A stretch of DNA of 64,000 bases from a virus (taxonomy: Duplodnaviria; Caudoviricetes): positions 1 through 64,000 of IMG/VR virus record IMGVR_UViG_3300021387_000034; one strand, written 5' to 3'. The notes below the pieces were generated by a model. The model saw nothing but the letters and a program-made list of their open reading frames with translations, did no database searches and had not been told where the DNA came from. Positions 1-9,350 of the stretch are shown here, piece by piece (position 1 is the first letter of the stretch; the number at the start of each line of letters is the position of its first letter). A program made the position numbers and the translations under genes.

Positions 1-325
1 TATATGATTCCACATAATAGTATATTTTATTTCCATCCGTTTGTTTATGTGTCTCAATTTCTAAAGGCAAAGCATCAAGCAATGCAGCAAGAGACCAACA
101 AGGAATACAATATTCTTTCAAGGATAAAGGCTCTTTTCCGAATCTTGTATATCCTTTATTGTACCATTCAAGTGCATTTATCGGGTTTTCAATTTCGGGA
201 ATGTACCTTATTTTACCTGATTTAGGTAAAACATATTTATAACACATATCCGCGCTTTCAAGTGGAAGAATCTCAGCCAACTCACGACTTTGTTCTATAT
301 CCGTATAACTTTTAATTGTTGCCAT
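1..325 (-). CDS. hypothetical phage protein, runs off the left edge
   Basis: Manual translation from ATG 325: MATIKSYTDIEQSRELAEILPLESADMCY...IPCWSLAALL. Open to position 1; missing from the ORF track because it has no stop. Confidence 0.75.
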   Translation of the reverse strand, partial: MATIKSYTDIEQSRELAEILPLESADMCYKYVLPKSGKIRYIPEIENPINALEWYNKGYTRFGKEPLSLKEYCIPCWSLAALLDALPLEIETHKQTDGNKIYYYVESY

Positions 326-327
326 AG

Positions 328-582
328 TTATTTCTTTTTAAGTTCTTCGATAAGTGCATCAGCTATACTTCTTGCATCCTTTGCTATCATATTCAGTTTA
401 CTTCTGTCTGCTTCATAAGATGGAGCACACAAAAGACCTTGCATAGCAGCAATAGCAGCCTGATTTCTCAGAGAATTAAATGCTTCATTATAACCTATTT
501 GTATGCCCTCTTTATAAGCCCACCAAGCTCCTTCTTTGCTAACAAATGTACTTAATATTTCTTCTTTTGTCGCCATTTTCAT
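328..582 (-). CDS. hypothetical phage protein
   Basis: 84 aa, co-oriented and tightly packed with neighbours; contains AAIAAMQGLL. Confidence 0.7.
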   Translation of the reverse strand: MKMATKEEILSTFVSKEGAWWAYKEGIQIGYNEAFNSLRNQAAIAAMQGLLCAPSYEADRSKLNMIAKDARSIADALIEELKKK

Positions 583-610
583 TTTTCCTTTAATTGTTCA
601 ACCAACTCTT

Positions 611-871
611 TCAGTTCCTTTTGTCTGTGCTCTTTACAGAAACGACAGTTATTGTTAAAGTATCACCCACCTCAAAATTTGTTGTATCTCTATAATGGTA
701 ACCATACCATGAATCACCTACTTCTATCAGACGATATCTATAAGTTTGTTTCTCTTTTGTTTTTGATTTAACAATAAACTTAGAGCCATTTACTATGTCC
801 AATCCATCCATTGCCATATTACATCCCACTATCACCAATGTGGTAAGTGCTAATAGGATAATCTTTTTCAT
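611..871 (-). CDS. putative lipoprotein
   Basis: MKK + hydrophobic stretch + lipobox-like VIVGC; own promoter at 894-925. Confidence 0.65.
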   Translation of the reverse strand: MKKIILLALTTLVIVGCNMAMDGLDIVNGSKFIVKSKTKEKQTYRYRLIEVGDSWYGYHYRDTTNFEVGDTLTITVVSVKSTDKRN

Positions 872-893
872 ACGCTTTGTTTTTAATTTTCGG

Positions 894-925
894 CAAAGTT
901 ACGAATAAACTTTGAATATTCCAAA
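894..925 (-). promoter_or_regulatory. Bacteroidetes sigma-A promoter
   Basis: Minus strand TTTG-N20-TAACTTTG. Confidence 0.75.
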
Positions 926-934
926 TAAATAAAC

Positions 935-1351
935 CTATTTTAACACGTTTTTAACACCTTTGTATATTATGAACGTTGAAATGATAATGTTCACCGTACA
1001 AATGATGTATATTGGCCACAAATCCATTTCAAAGTCGAAATAGGACTTTTCGATAAGGTTTACACCTAAATAGGCGCAAGCCATTTTGTTATATAAGCAC
1101 GTTTCAACAGAAATAGACAATACAGATAATATAAACACGGTTGCAATATCATACTTAAAGTAATTGCCAATATACCATGAAATAGGTTTGTTTAGATACG
1201 TGCCGTTATCAAACATAACGTAATCATTTGTCGCAAGTGCATAAATACTTTCAATATACGACAAAGCAATAATAGCACAAACAAGAAACGGTGCTATCTT
1301 ACCAATTCTTATTAGTGCTATTCTTGTATTAGTAACAAAAGAATTTTTCAT
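935..1351 (-). CDS. multi-pass membrane protein
   Basis: 138 aa with 3-4 hydrophobic segments. Confidence 0.65.
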   Translation of the reverse strand: MKNSFVTNTRIALIRIGKIAPFLVCAIIALSYIESIYALATNDYVMFDNGTYLNKPISWYIGNYFKYDIATVFILSVLSISVETCLYNKMACAYLGVNLIEKSYFDFEMDLWPIYIICTVNIIISTFIIYKGVKNVLK

Positions 1352-1548
1352 TTCTTTCGTATCTTTACCTTAAAGTGTACCGCATTTTCGGGATATACCC
1401 TTGCTGGTGCAATAGGTAACGCGTTCACGCTGTCACCTTTTGTGCCTTTAGAACGCAATTTAGTGCTTTCCTTGACAACTACCTTACCTTTTTGCTTTTT
1501 AGCCCTTGTTGTGGCCTTTCTTTTCGGTTTCCTTGTTGTGGTAGGCAT
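1348..1548 (-). CDS. small, highly basic protein
   Basis: K/R-rich, 66 aa, 4-bp overlap with the downstream gene. Confidence 0.55.
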   Translation of the reverse strand: MPTTTRKPKRKATTRAKKQKGKVVVKESTKLRSKGTKGDSVNALPIAPARVYPENAVHFKVKIRKK

Positions 1549-1551
1549 ACG

Positions 1552-1986
1552 TTAGAACGGATTTTGCGGTTTACCTTTCTTTTGGTTTTCCTTTTCTTGA
1601 TTTATCGCATCAGCAAGGTCGCGTTTCATTTTCTCTAACTTCTTGAATGTTTCGTCAGGAACACGCGGTGCTCCCTTGTGCCACGATTGTAAGTTTATAA
1701 GGTTAAACCCAAATTCTTCTGCACGGACGTTGTAATCTTGGTTTTCAACGTATTCTGTTTCTTGAATATCGTTTTCAACGCAATACACAATATCGTCCAT
1801 GTTGATGAAAATGTAGTCACCATAAGCGTAAGTGCCGCCTATTTCGTCGGCTATCCAGTACCCATAGGACGCATCTAAACCCCAGTTGTTCAAGAGTTCA
1901 AGGAGATAGCCATTACAAGCATCTTCCCATTTCTTGCGCAACATTGTTTTTGCCACACTACTCGACTTTTCCATCATTACTTTCAA
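1552..1986 (-). CDS. hypothetical phage protein
   Basis: 144 aa, in operon. Confidence 0.75.
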   Translation of the reverse strand: MKVMMEKSSSVAKTMLRKKWEDACNGYLLELLNNWGLDASYGYWIADEIGGTYAYGDYIFINMDDIVYCVENDIQETEYVENQDYNVRAEEFGFNLINLQSWHKGAPRVPDETFKKLEKMKRDLADAINQEKENQKKGKPQNPF

Positions 1987-2158
1987 TATTAGTTGATTTT
2001 GCTACTTGGATAAGCACACCACGCATCGTACCACGCTTAAATTCCTTTGTCGGGTACACACCTTGCTTGACACGGTTGTAAATCGTTTGCTTGGTGACTC
2101 CCAAACGTTCGGCAAGTGTAGATATGCTAATCCATTCGGTGTTTTCACTATTCTCCAT
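1958..2158 (-). CDS. excisionase/MerR-like helix-turn-helix protein
   Basis: WISISTLAERLGVTKQTIYNRVKQG HTH; start moved to MENSEN at 2158. Confidence 0.75.
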   Translation of the reverse strand: MENSENTEWISISTLAERLGVTKQTIYNRVKQGVYPTKEFKRGTMRGVLIQVAKSTNIESNDGKVE

Positions 2159-2828
2159 TTGCTTGTTCCTCCATCGTTTCGTTTGCTTGATGTTCGCTAA
2201 GTGCCTCAACCTCTGCTTTTACCTTTTCGTCATCAGTCATTGGCTTAAATATTTCCGTTTCTTTCATGTCACCGATGTACTTTGCAACCAAATCATCCGT
2301 TTCCTTGATGAATTGCTTATTGGTCATGCCGTTCACCTTTTCGGAAAGAATCACTTGGTTACGGGCAACGTTCCGTAGATAACGCTCATAGACGAGGAAA
2401 GCCTCGCTTTCGGTTTCGCCTATTCCGTACAATGGGCTAAAGATGTTCGTAAGCCAAAGGTCGTAAAACCAACAAATGTTATAATCCGATTTGTTTTCTT
2501 GCTCTTTCAATAAAGCAAAAAGTTTCGCATACGACCGTCTAACATTGCATTTTTCGTCTTTCACAATAATATCGTTTTCGTTTTTCAAAACGATGTCGAT
2601 AAAGTTCTTTGTGTAAAGATATGGACGGCTAATTCCGCTTGATGTAAGCGCATTGAATACGTGACGGTGGAATAATGTACCGATGATGGCATAATCACTT
2701 GTTACGGTCAATCTAAGCCCCTTATCGTCAAAATAAATGCTTTTTGTGTCACTTGTTTTATCAATGTGAAGTAAGGCGTTTTTTAGCCTTCTTTCAAGTT
2801 GACCTTTTGTTAATTTTTTTTCTTCCAT
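2148..2828 (-). CDS. hypothetical phage protein
   Basis: 226 aa, in operon; promoter at 2859-2890. Confidence 0.8.
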   Translation of the reverse strand: MEEKKLTKGQLERRLKNALLHIDKTSDTKSIYFDDKGLRLTVTSDYAIIGTLFHRHVFNALTSSGISRPYLYTKNFIDIVLKNENDIIVKDEKCNVRRSYAKLFALLKEQENKSDYNICWFYDLWLTNIFSPLYGIGETESEAFLVYERYLRNVARNQVILSEKVNGMTNKQFIKETDDLVAKYIGDMKETEIFKPMTDDEKVKAEVEALSEHQANETMEEQANGE

Positions 2829-2858
2829 AATCTATGTATATTTTGTTAATTGACAATG

Positions 2859-2890
2859 CAAAGATAATGTTTTATTTTATATATGCCAAA
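2859..2890 (-). promoter_or_regulatory. Bacteroidetes sigma-A promoter
   Basis: TTTG-N20-TATCTTTG; nearly identical to the promoter at 36323-36354. Confidence 0.8.
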
Positions 2891-2892
2891 TA

Positions 2893-3858
2893 TCAAGGTT
2901 TCTTTTTATGAATTTTTAATTCTTTGCTTAGTATTGTTTCTATATTATCGTAATCCAAATAAGAAATTTCGATAAGTTTTATCTTATGCCGTTCGCAATA
3001 TTGACGCAACACCAAATCCCTTTCTTGTTGCTTTTTAAATTTGCGTTCCCCGCCAAAATGACGAATTGGTGTATAATGTTGCATACCGTTAAATTCGATA
3101 AAGCAATTATATTTAGGGATATAAAAATCAACGAAGAAGGATTTTGTTTCACAAAACAAGTCGTTAGTGGTTATTTTGTATTGCCTTATGTAATCCACAT
3201 TACATGCGTCAAGAAAAATTGATATTTTATTTTCACCTTTCGAGCAACAACAATGCGGACACCCAACACCTTGCAAATGTGAATACGCCATTTGCGAAAA
3301 AATTCCGTGTTTAGGGCAAATAATATCCACTTTGGCATGACCGTCTGTATATTTTACTAACTTGTAATCGTATGTGCCAACACCGTGAACGTCGTTTGCT
3401 TCTTTTATAAAATCATCAGTTGTTTTTGTTTGACGTTTTGTCAAAAGTTCGCCTTTACACATAGGGCAACCACTGCCATGCAAATGACTATATGGTTCTT
3501 GCCAAAAATCTCCATGAATAGGACACGTTATACACACCTTATCTTTTTTCGTTTTATAATCTACTTTTGAATATCCATATTTATTACCGTGAACAATAAG
3601 TGCTTTTTCTATAAATTTTTTTGTTCCAATAGCCCTTTTTTGCGCGGTAGTGTTTATTCCGCACGATGGGCATCCACAACCAACTTTATAGTGGAGATAC
3701 GGCGTTTGTTTAAATACTCCGTGAATAGGACAAATAATCGTTACTTTTGTATCACTATTTACGTATTCAACTTTAGAGTAGTCATACTTGTCGCCATGCA
3801 CTTGCTTTGCACGGGCAATAAATTCTTCTTGAGTCAACTTTTTAGGCATAATTTCCAA
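2893..3858 (-). CDS. putative homing endonuclease with three Zn-ribbon repeats and a C-terminal PD-(D/E)xK-like nuclease
   Basis: Three repeats of HG.KY.Y..V.Y......V.I.CP.HG.F.Q....H..G.GCP.C; C-terminal VDFYIP...IEFNG.QH. Confidence 0.75.
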   Translation of the reverse strand: MEIMPKKLTQEEFIARAKQVHGDKYDYSKVEYVNSDTKVTIICPIHGVFKQTPYLHYKVGCGCPSCGINTTAQKRAIGTKKFIEKALIVHGNKYGYSKVDYKTKKDKVCITCPIHGDFWQEPYSHLHGSGCPMCKGELLTKRQTKTTDDFIKEANDVHGVGTYDYKLVKYTDGHAKVDIICPKHGIFSQMAYSHLQGVGCPHCCCSKGENKISIFLDACNVDYIRQYKITTNDLFCETKSFFVDFYIPKYNCFIEFNGMQHYTPIRHFGGERKFKKQQERDLVLRQYCERHKIKLIEISYLDYDNIETILSKELKIHKKKP

Positions 3859-3946
3859 CTATTAAATGATTCCAACAAATGCAAGGTAGGAAAGGTTGTT
3901 GGATTACCCTTATCGACGGTCAATTACCTCCGTCTATCCTACTTTG

Positions 3947-3977
3947 CAAAGTTACAAAAAAGAATTGAAATGACAAA
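3947..3977 (-). promoter_or_regulatory. Bacteroidetes sigma-A promoter followed by a structured leader
   Basis: TTTG-N19-TAACTTTG directly upstream of paired segments at 3854-3942. Confidence 0.75.
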
Positions 3978-3980
3978 ATT

Positions 3981-4121
3981 TTAATCGTTTTTCTTTTCAA
4001 TTTCTTTAATGCGTTCAGATATTTGCGCTATGATGTTGGATATACTTGATGTTGGATATGTTTTTAATACGTCTTTTAATATCGCCAACTGTGCTTTTAA
4101 CTTATGATATTCGTAATCCAT
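3981..4121 (-). CDS. small hypothetical protein (46 aa)
   Basis: Manual translation MDYEYHKLKAQLAILKDVLKTYPTSSISNIIAQISERIKEIEKKND. Confidence 0.55.
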   Translation of the reverse strand: MDYEYHKLKAQLAILKDVLKTYPTSSISNIIAQISERIKEIEKKND

Positions 4122-4136
4122 GCCAACTTTACTTAA

Positions 4137-4673
4137 TTATTTCTCGATAGGCTTGTTTTCGTCGGCATAGATGACCGCCAATCGCATCACTATTGCATCA
4201 TGCTTTTGTGGAACACGACCCGAAATCTTGTTTTTCTTGTTGTATGCCTCAATATACGCAATGGCTTCTTCGTCGTTGTGTATAAAATCAAACGAATATT
4301 CGTTTTGGGGGTTGGGTAACGTATCTGTTTTTGTTTCGTCATTTGCGATTTCGTTTCCCTCGTTGATAATTTCCTCGGCTTTCTTCTTTGATGCGTCATC
4401 AAGGTCGGCATTTCGCATGTCGGTTTCCATATAGTCTGGTACAACATAGACTCGCTTGATTTCACCGAACGGTTCACTACCGAAAACCTTAGTAACACGT
4501 GGCTTAGTATCGCCCCTTTCGGGGTTAAATGTCGCAACGGCATATCCCTCACGCTCTGTCTGTAATTCTACAACGGCAACACCTTTGTCAAATGCGCTTT
4601 CCTTATCCCATTCTTTTTTGGGTATTGCGGGCAATGAAAGGTAAGCCAAAATTTCTTGTTCAAAATTCACCAT
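4137..4673 (-). CDS. hypothetical phage protein
   Basis: Start placed at MVNFEQ, downstream of the promoter at 4707-4738. Confidence 0.75.
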   Translation of the reverse strand: MVNFEQEILAYLSLPAIPKKEWDKESAFDKGVAVVELQTEREGYAVATFNPERGDTKPRVTKVFGSEPFGEIKRVYVVPDYMETDMRNADLDDASKKKAEEIINEGNEIANDETKTDTLPNPQNEYSFDFIHNDEEAIAYIEAYNKKNKISGRVPQKHDAIVMRLAVIYADENKPIEK

Positions 4674-4706
4674 AACTTTTCTTGTTTTAAAATAAAAATT
4701 TTGATG

Positions 4707-4738
4707 CAAAGATACAAACAACTTTTGAAATACGCAAA
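4707..4738 (-). promoter_or_regulatory. Bacteroidetes sigma-A promoter
   Basis: TTTG-N20-TATCTTTG. Confidence 0.75.
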
Positions 4739-4781
4739 ATTATAAACGAAAGTTTAACATATTTAAAGTTTTGTGTTAATG

Positions 4782-5345
4782 TTACACTTTACGGTATTCA
4801 TCAAGCAATTTCTTGAATGCTTCAGTTTTCGCAAATCCACAAGAATTTAATTCGGGGCAAAAACCACGATAGATACAATTGGGTTGCATTTGTTCTGCCA
4901 TAATGGGGTCAATCTTTTCTATCGCTTTTTTTACACCTATCCATGCTTCCCTCGTTTCTTTTGATGCACAATTACACAAACGCTTTCGTGATACGTTGAT
5001 AAGTGATTGTGCATTTATGCTTATATCCATATCGTTTAGTGCTCCTTGTGGTAATTCGTCACGTGGTACTTCAAGAACACGTCTATCTTCACGTTGTGTA
5101 TGCACAAACGGTATAAAACCAAGCCAATGACGTACCAAATGCGTTGTTACCCATTGACGGATATTCCATATAGAAACGTAATAGATAACGTTCCGTATAG
5201 GTGAATGTTCCGCAAGTAACATTTTCTTTTTCCATTCATTTGTTGGTTCTTTCGTTTTTGGCTTTAATCCTACGGTTTTCAGTGCGGCGCGTTTTGCCCA
5301 TTCCCAACCAGATTGAAATTCTGCGCTACAAATGATTTCTTTCAT
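4782..5345 (-). CDS. thyX: FAD-dependent thymidylate synthase (ThyX-like, short variant)
   Basis: AEHSPIR; THLVRH..F..FVHTQRED (variant of RHRxxSxxxxSxR); terminal CIYRGFCPE. Confidence 0.7.
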   Translation of the reverse strand: MKEIICSAEFQSGWEWAKRAALKTVGLKPKTKEPTNEWKKKMLLAEHSPIRNVIYYVSIWNIRQWVTTHLVRHWLGFIPFVHTQREDRRVLEVPRDELPQGALNDMDISINAQSLINVSRKRLCNCASKETREAWIGVKKAIEKIDPIMAEQMQPNCIYRGFCPELNSCGFAKTEAFKKLLDEYRKV

Positions 5346-5347
5346 AT

Positions 5348-5587
5348 TTATTTAATACCTAAGCTTTGTTTCATTCTTTCTATTCGTTGCAATCCGTCTT
5401 GCGTAGGATTACCTTTCTCGTCACAAGGTACAAGGATTTTAGAATGTGTGCCAACCTTTATCCACCGCCAACCTTGCTTTATACGTTCATGTTCCATTTC
5501 CACACATTTCTTTGCCGCAACTTTTGCAGCTTGTGCGACGGCATGATGTTCTTCTGCCCATGCTAATTTACTTCCTACTCCTGCCAT
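5348..5587 (-). CDS. hypothetical protein
   Basis: 79 aa, in operon. Confidence 0.7.
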   Translation of the reverse strand: MAGVGSKLAWAEEHHAVAQAAKVAAKKCVEMEHERIKQGWRWIKVGTHSKILVPCDEKGNPTQDGLQRIERMKQSLGIK

Positions 5588-5600
5588 ATATTTTGTTTTT

Positions 5601-6353
5601 CTACTTTGACACGTTGATTAGTTTGCCTACCGTTTCGTTATTACGGAAAGCCTTGAACGGCACAACTTCGGTACGTTTTTCCACCACATCACGGATAATA
5701 CTTGCGGAATAGATACAATCGGGATTTTCAACAGAAAGTCGCTTTGCAACCATCATTGCGCTTGCCTTATCCATATTGGTATTCACGCTTGTTTGTTTAT
5801 TCGTCTTTGGGTCATAACAAAAGACACCCCATGTTTCCTTGCTATCTACCATTTCGTGATTTAGTTCGGCTTTATAGAACGTAAAAACACGGTCGTCGGA
5901 CATATCAATCTTGATAGCAAAATCTTTTTCACACTCCGTCCGTTGCGGTTCACCGAATTGCCAATTTTCTGGCATTTGCATCCATTCCATAATACGGTGA
6001 TACAAGTTTTCGATTTCGTTGTTTACCTCTTTGCTCGATTTACCGTTAGCGTAATATCTCGTCCAAAACTTAACAAAGCGTTCGAAAGCATTGTCAAACA
6101 TATTCATTTCACGTGCTATTTCGTTCTTACGAGCGTTTAATTGGTCGATAAGATAATCCACGTCACCATAGACACGGTAAGCGGCCATAATGCTTGCATG
6201 TGTTACACTAAGCATATTAGCGATACGTTGGAACACGCCTAATTCTTGTGCTTTTTCCAATGATAATCCACGAACACCAGTTGTCTTTATTCGTTTTTGG
6301 ATGTCGGCAGCGATTTCCACACCACCGACAATTTCAAAGTTTTCTTTGAGCAT
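5601..6353 (-). CDS. hypothetical protein
   Basis: Long ORF; start moved to MLKENF. Confidence 0.75.
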   Translation of the reverse strand: MLKENFEIVGGVEIAADIQKRIKTTGVRGLSLEKAQELGVFQRIANMLSVTHASIMAAYRVYGDVDYLIDQLNARKNEIAREMNMFDNAFERFVKFWTRYYANGKSSKEVNNEIENLYHRIMEWMQMPENWQFGEPQRTECEKDFAIKIDMSDDRVFTFYKAELNHEMVDSKETWGVFCYDPKTNKQTSVNTNMDKASAMMVAKRLSVENPDCIYSASIIRDVVEKRTEVVPFKAFRNNETVGKLINVSK

Positions 6354-6512
6354 TTTACTTGATTTTTGATATATAAACACCAAGGCAAAGCCATTCAAAT
6401 TCGATTTCTTGTGAATGAAAGTTTAAGTTTATTGACGGTATTAAATGCCAAAAGTAAACATCAAAGTCACAATCAATCTTGAAAGAAATTCGTTTATTCA
6501 TATCATAGTTTT

Positions 6513-6719
6513 TTATTCTGATAAGTTTTTAAATACACCACCTTTCTTTACCAAATCAATAGTGGGCACCTTGTAATACATAATATCACCATGTTTAAAA
6601 GGTATTGATTTCTTAAAAAGATGTCCGTACTTTTCATCAACCAACACAATGTGCTTGGGGAAACGTAGTTCCCTTTCAAGACCACTGTGTGAATGTAGAT
6701 AATCTTTTCCGCAACTCAT
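6513..6719 (-). CDS. hypothetical protein
   Basis: 68 aa, co-oriented. Confidence 0.55.
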   Translation of the reverse strand: MSCGKDYLHSHSGLERELRFPKHIVLVDEKYGHLFKKSIPFKHGDIMYYKVPTIDLVKKGGVFKNLSE

Positions 6720-6749
6720 ATATACCGTATTGTCCGATTATTACTTATT

Positions 6750-7568
6750 TTAGTTCGTCACATTGTCGAAATCAGCAAACTTCTGTGCCACCTTTGCCGC
6801 TTTCTGTGCGTCAACCTTTGGTTCAAAAGCCTCTTTTGCAGTTGTAGTGCCCTCCTTTATAGCATTGACAAGCCCGCGAAGTTCTACTAACATGTCAATA
6901 TTAATCTCTTCAACTTTTTCTATTGACAGATAATCAAGAATTTGTTTTTCCTCTACACCGATAGTTTTGAAATATTGCAGCATCTTCACGCGGCTTGTTT
7001 CAAGCGTCATAGATTCTCCAAGAGACACTTTCTTTGCCTTGTCGATAACTTTCTTAACCAATGCAGCAGGTACAACCTTAAACAAGGCATTACGCATTGC
7101 AATAGCGCAAGCAGCATTTCCTGTTACAACCTGCATGTCTTCGGAAAATGTTCTACCCTGTTTATCAGTGATACGACGTTTAACCTCTGATGATACGGCA
7201 TAGTTGCTTTCAAGGTCGTGACATACACCTTGCGCGGTAATCATTTTGCCATCATTGCCGATAATACGTGCTTGTACACGAAGATTACCCCAAGATGATG
7301 CAATTATTTCAGCCATACGAACACTCGGGCCTTCAATAACCTTACCTTGCCTGCGTAGTGTGTAGAAACAACTACCAGCAACTTCTTCATCCATCGTTGC
7401 GAGCGTTTCAATATTCCCAAGAACCCTTGCAAGGTTTCGGGGATATTGCTTTGCTGTCGCAATTTGTACGTCAATCTCACTACGAGTCAATGCTGCTAAA
7501 GACTCGGCGTTGTTTACTTGCATCACTTCTACGTGTTGCTCATCCATTGTTTGTAATTCGTTTGTCAT
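6750..7568 (-). CDS. conserved phage protein, candidate ssDNA-annealing recombinase
   Basis: 272 aa directly downstream of the exonuclease gene; function inferred from position only. Confidence 0.5.
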   Translation of the reverse strand: MTNELQTMDEQHVEVMQVNNAESLAALTRSEIDVQIATAKQYPRNLARVLGNIETLATMDEEVAGSCFYTLRRQGKVIEGPSVRMAEIIASSWGNLRVQARIIGNDGKMITAQGVCHDLESNYAVSSEVKRRITDKQGRTFSEDMQVVTGNAACAIAMRNALFKVVPAALVKKVIDKAKKVSLGESMTLETSRVKMLQYFKTIGVEEKQILDYLSIEKVEEINIDMLVELRGLVNAIKEGTTTAKEAFEPKVDAQKAAKVAQKFADFDNVTN

Positions 7569-7595
7569 AAATATATAATTTTAAACGTTAATATA

Positions 7596-8585
7596 TTAAT
7601 CTTTCTTGCCTTTTAATCTAATCTGTACCGAGCCTTTGCGTTTAACCACCTTTTCAAAGCTTCTAACAAGCTTTTTATATGCGCGTGGGTGTTTGGTGGC
7701 ATAATCCTGTAAAAAGGCTTTAGAATCAAATTGTCGGCTTTCTACTGGGTCAACCCTCGTTATAGACCAAGCATCGTTTTTTACACTTTTGATGTCATGT
7801 GAAGACATAAAATCAAACAGACGCGCCTTAAATTCTTCCACTTTGGTTTCTCGTTCCTTGATTTCTGCAAGTACGTTAGTAATGGTTTCAAATTCATCTT
7901 TTACCTTTGCTGGCAATAGGTCTGCGTCAATTTCATCTCCATCGTAGTATTCCGTAAAGTCCTCTAAGAAAGTATTCACAATGTCCATTGCTTTTTTGAT
8001 GTCAAACACGGGGTTGTTAAAGCCTACTGATTTTACGGTAAGGCGTGCTGGGTCAAACGTTATACCATCTGTTAAGTCAAGCCCATCGGTAGAATAGTGC
8101 ACCAAGAACACTTTCACTTTCCAATCATCACCGTATGACTTTGCCGTTTCGTTACCAAGCAAGAAATGAATGAATAATTGCGGGCGATACGTAGCCTTTG
8201 TTTCCTCGTAACTAAACTTTGTAGTCTTTACTTCATAAACGAACAACGTTTTTTGCGCATCGTCCTTCAAGACAATATCTGGGTGTGAAATAAGACGAAC
8301 GTTCTTACGAGAATACTTTTCCGACACCCATAAAGGATTACTTTCGTAACGAGAGTCACTCGCCATAAGGTGTTTATACACCAACATTTCAAGGTCATCG
8401 CCTGCTTGTATTGCTGTCGTCTTAGGAATTTCCGTTTGTGGTATCAATCCCTTGCATACGGCAAGACGTTTCAAAGCGGAATGTGGAACAAGTCCAAGGC
8501 TTGCGATTTGCGCCAACATACGACCGTCCGATGAACCAAGTGAACCGACACGGGTAACGGCAATTTCGTTTTTGTAATCTTCCAT
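7596..8585 (-). CDS. YqaJ/lambda-exonuclease-family recombination nuclease
   Basis: RVGSLGSSD, HPDIV, YEVKT, Y..QL motifs. Confidence 0.75.
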   Translation of the reverse strand: MEDYKNEIAVTRVGSLGSSDGRMLAQIASLGLVPHSALKRLAVCKGLIPQTEIPKTTAIQAGDDLEMLVYKHLMASDSRYESNPLWVSEKYSRKNVRLISHPDIVLKDDAQKTLFVYEVKTTKFSYEETKATYRPQLFIHFLLGNETAKSYGDDWKVKVFLVHYSTDGLDLTDGITFDPARLTVKSVGFNNPVFDIKKAMDIVNTFLEDFTEYYDGDEIDADLLPAKVKDEFETITNVLAEIKERETKVEEFKARLFDFMSSHDIKSVKNDAWSITRVDPVESRQFDSKAFLQDYATKHPRAYKKLVRSFEKVVKRKGSVQIRLKGKKD

Positions 8586-8601
8586 AAAAATTGATTTTGA
8601 T

Positions 8602-8928
8602 TTATAACTTAATATCGCTGATACCTTCAAACATTACGTCTAACCCACAAGCCATTGCAACACATAATTCAGTGTGGCAACCTGCGCTGCGATTAAATCC
8701 TTGCATGAACAATACGCCGTCACAATCAAGTAACGCCTTTATGTCTGCTTTCATGTATTCATACGTTGATAGACCTTTACACCAACCATTACCAAGCGGA
8801 TTGAATACGTCATAACCAAGACAGCGTAATTTTACTTCCATTTGCATAGCGGTATCAATACGTTCTTGTAAATCATAGCCCGATATAGGCAAGCTAAGAT
8901 AAATTCTTATTGTTTTTGGTTTCTCCAT
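8602..8928 (-). CDS. DUF4406-like (nucleoside deoxyribosyltransferase-like) protein
   Basis: IYLSLPISGY...VFNP...YMKADIKALLDCDGVLF...SAGC..E. Confidence 0.7.
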   Translation of the reverse strand: MEKPKTIRIYLSLPISGYDLQERIDTAMQMEVKLRCLGYDVFNPLGNGWCKGLSTYEYMKADIKALLDCDGVLFMQGFNRSAGCHTELCVAMACGLDVMFEGISDIKL

Positions 8929-9322
8929 CTTCGTTGTTTTCTTTATTATTTTGTTCAACTTTGATTTTCTTTTCCTTGAAAGCCTTTGTTTGAACTATTG
9001 ATAAATCTCTGCAAATTACATTTAGTGTGACGAAAGTATTGCCCTTATATTCATTTTTGAAAGACGATAAACGGCCAAATACGCTTGCACGTTGTCCGCG
9101 ATATGCGTTTACTTTGCGCAAATATTCCAATTGCTTCTTGTCATATACGAATATACGTATAAAGGCTTGTGAATGTGTCCTTTCGGTATCATCGGCCATT
9201 TCTTTCAAGAAAGAATTAACGCAAAGTGAAAAAGTGAAATATTCCTTCCCCTCTTGCGTCCGTCCAAACTTAGCGTCATCACCGATAAGCCCTTCAAGTA
9301 AAACTATATTCTTATCCAACAT
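8894..9322 (-). CDS. ssb: single-stranded DNA-binding protein (OB fold)
   Basis: NIVLLEGLIGDD.KF..T..G.....FSL.V; V.GRL.S pattern; lacks the acidic PF tail. Confidence 0.7.
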   Translation of the reverse strand: MLDKNIVLLEGLIGDDAKFGRTQEGKEYFTFSLCVNSFLKEMADDTERTHSQAFIRIFVYDKKQLEYLRKVNAYRGQRASVFGRLSSFKNEYKGNTFVTLNVICRDLSIVQTKAFKEKKIKVEQNNKENNEDGETKNNKNLS

Positions 9323-9350
9323 ACTTTCTTTATGTTTCGTTCTTTTTTTG

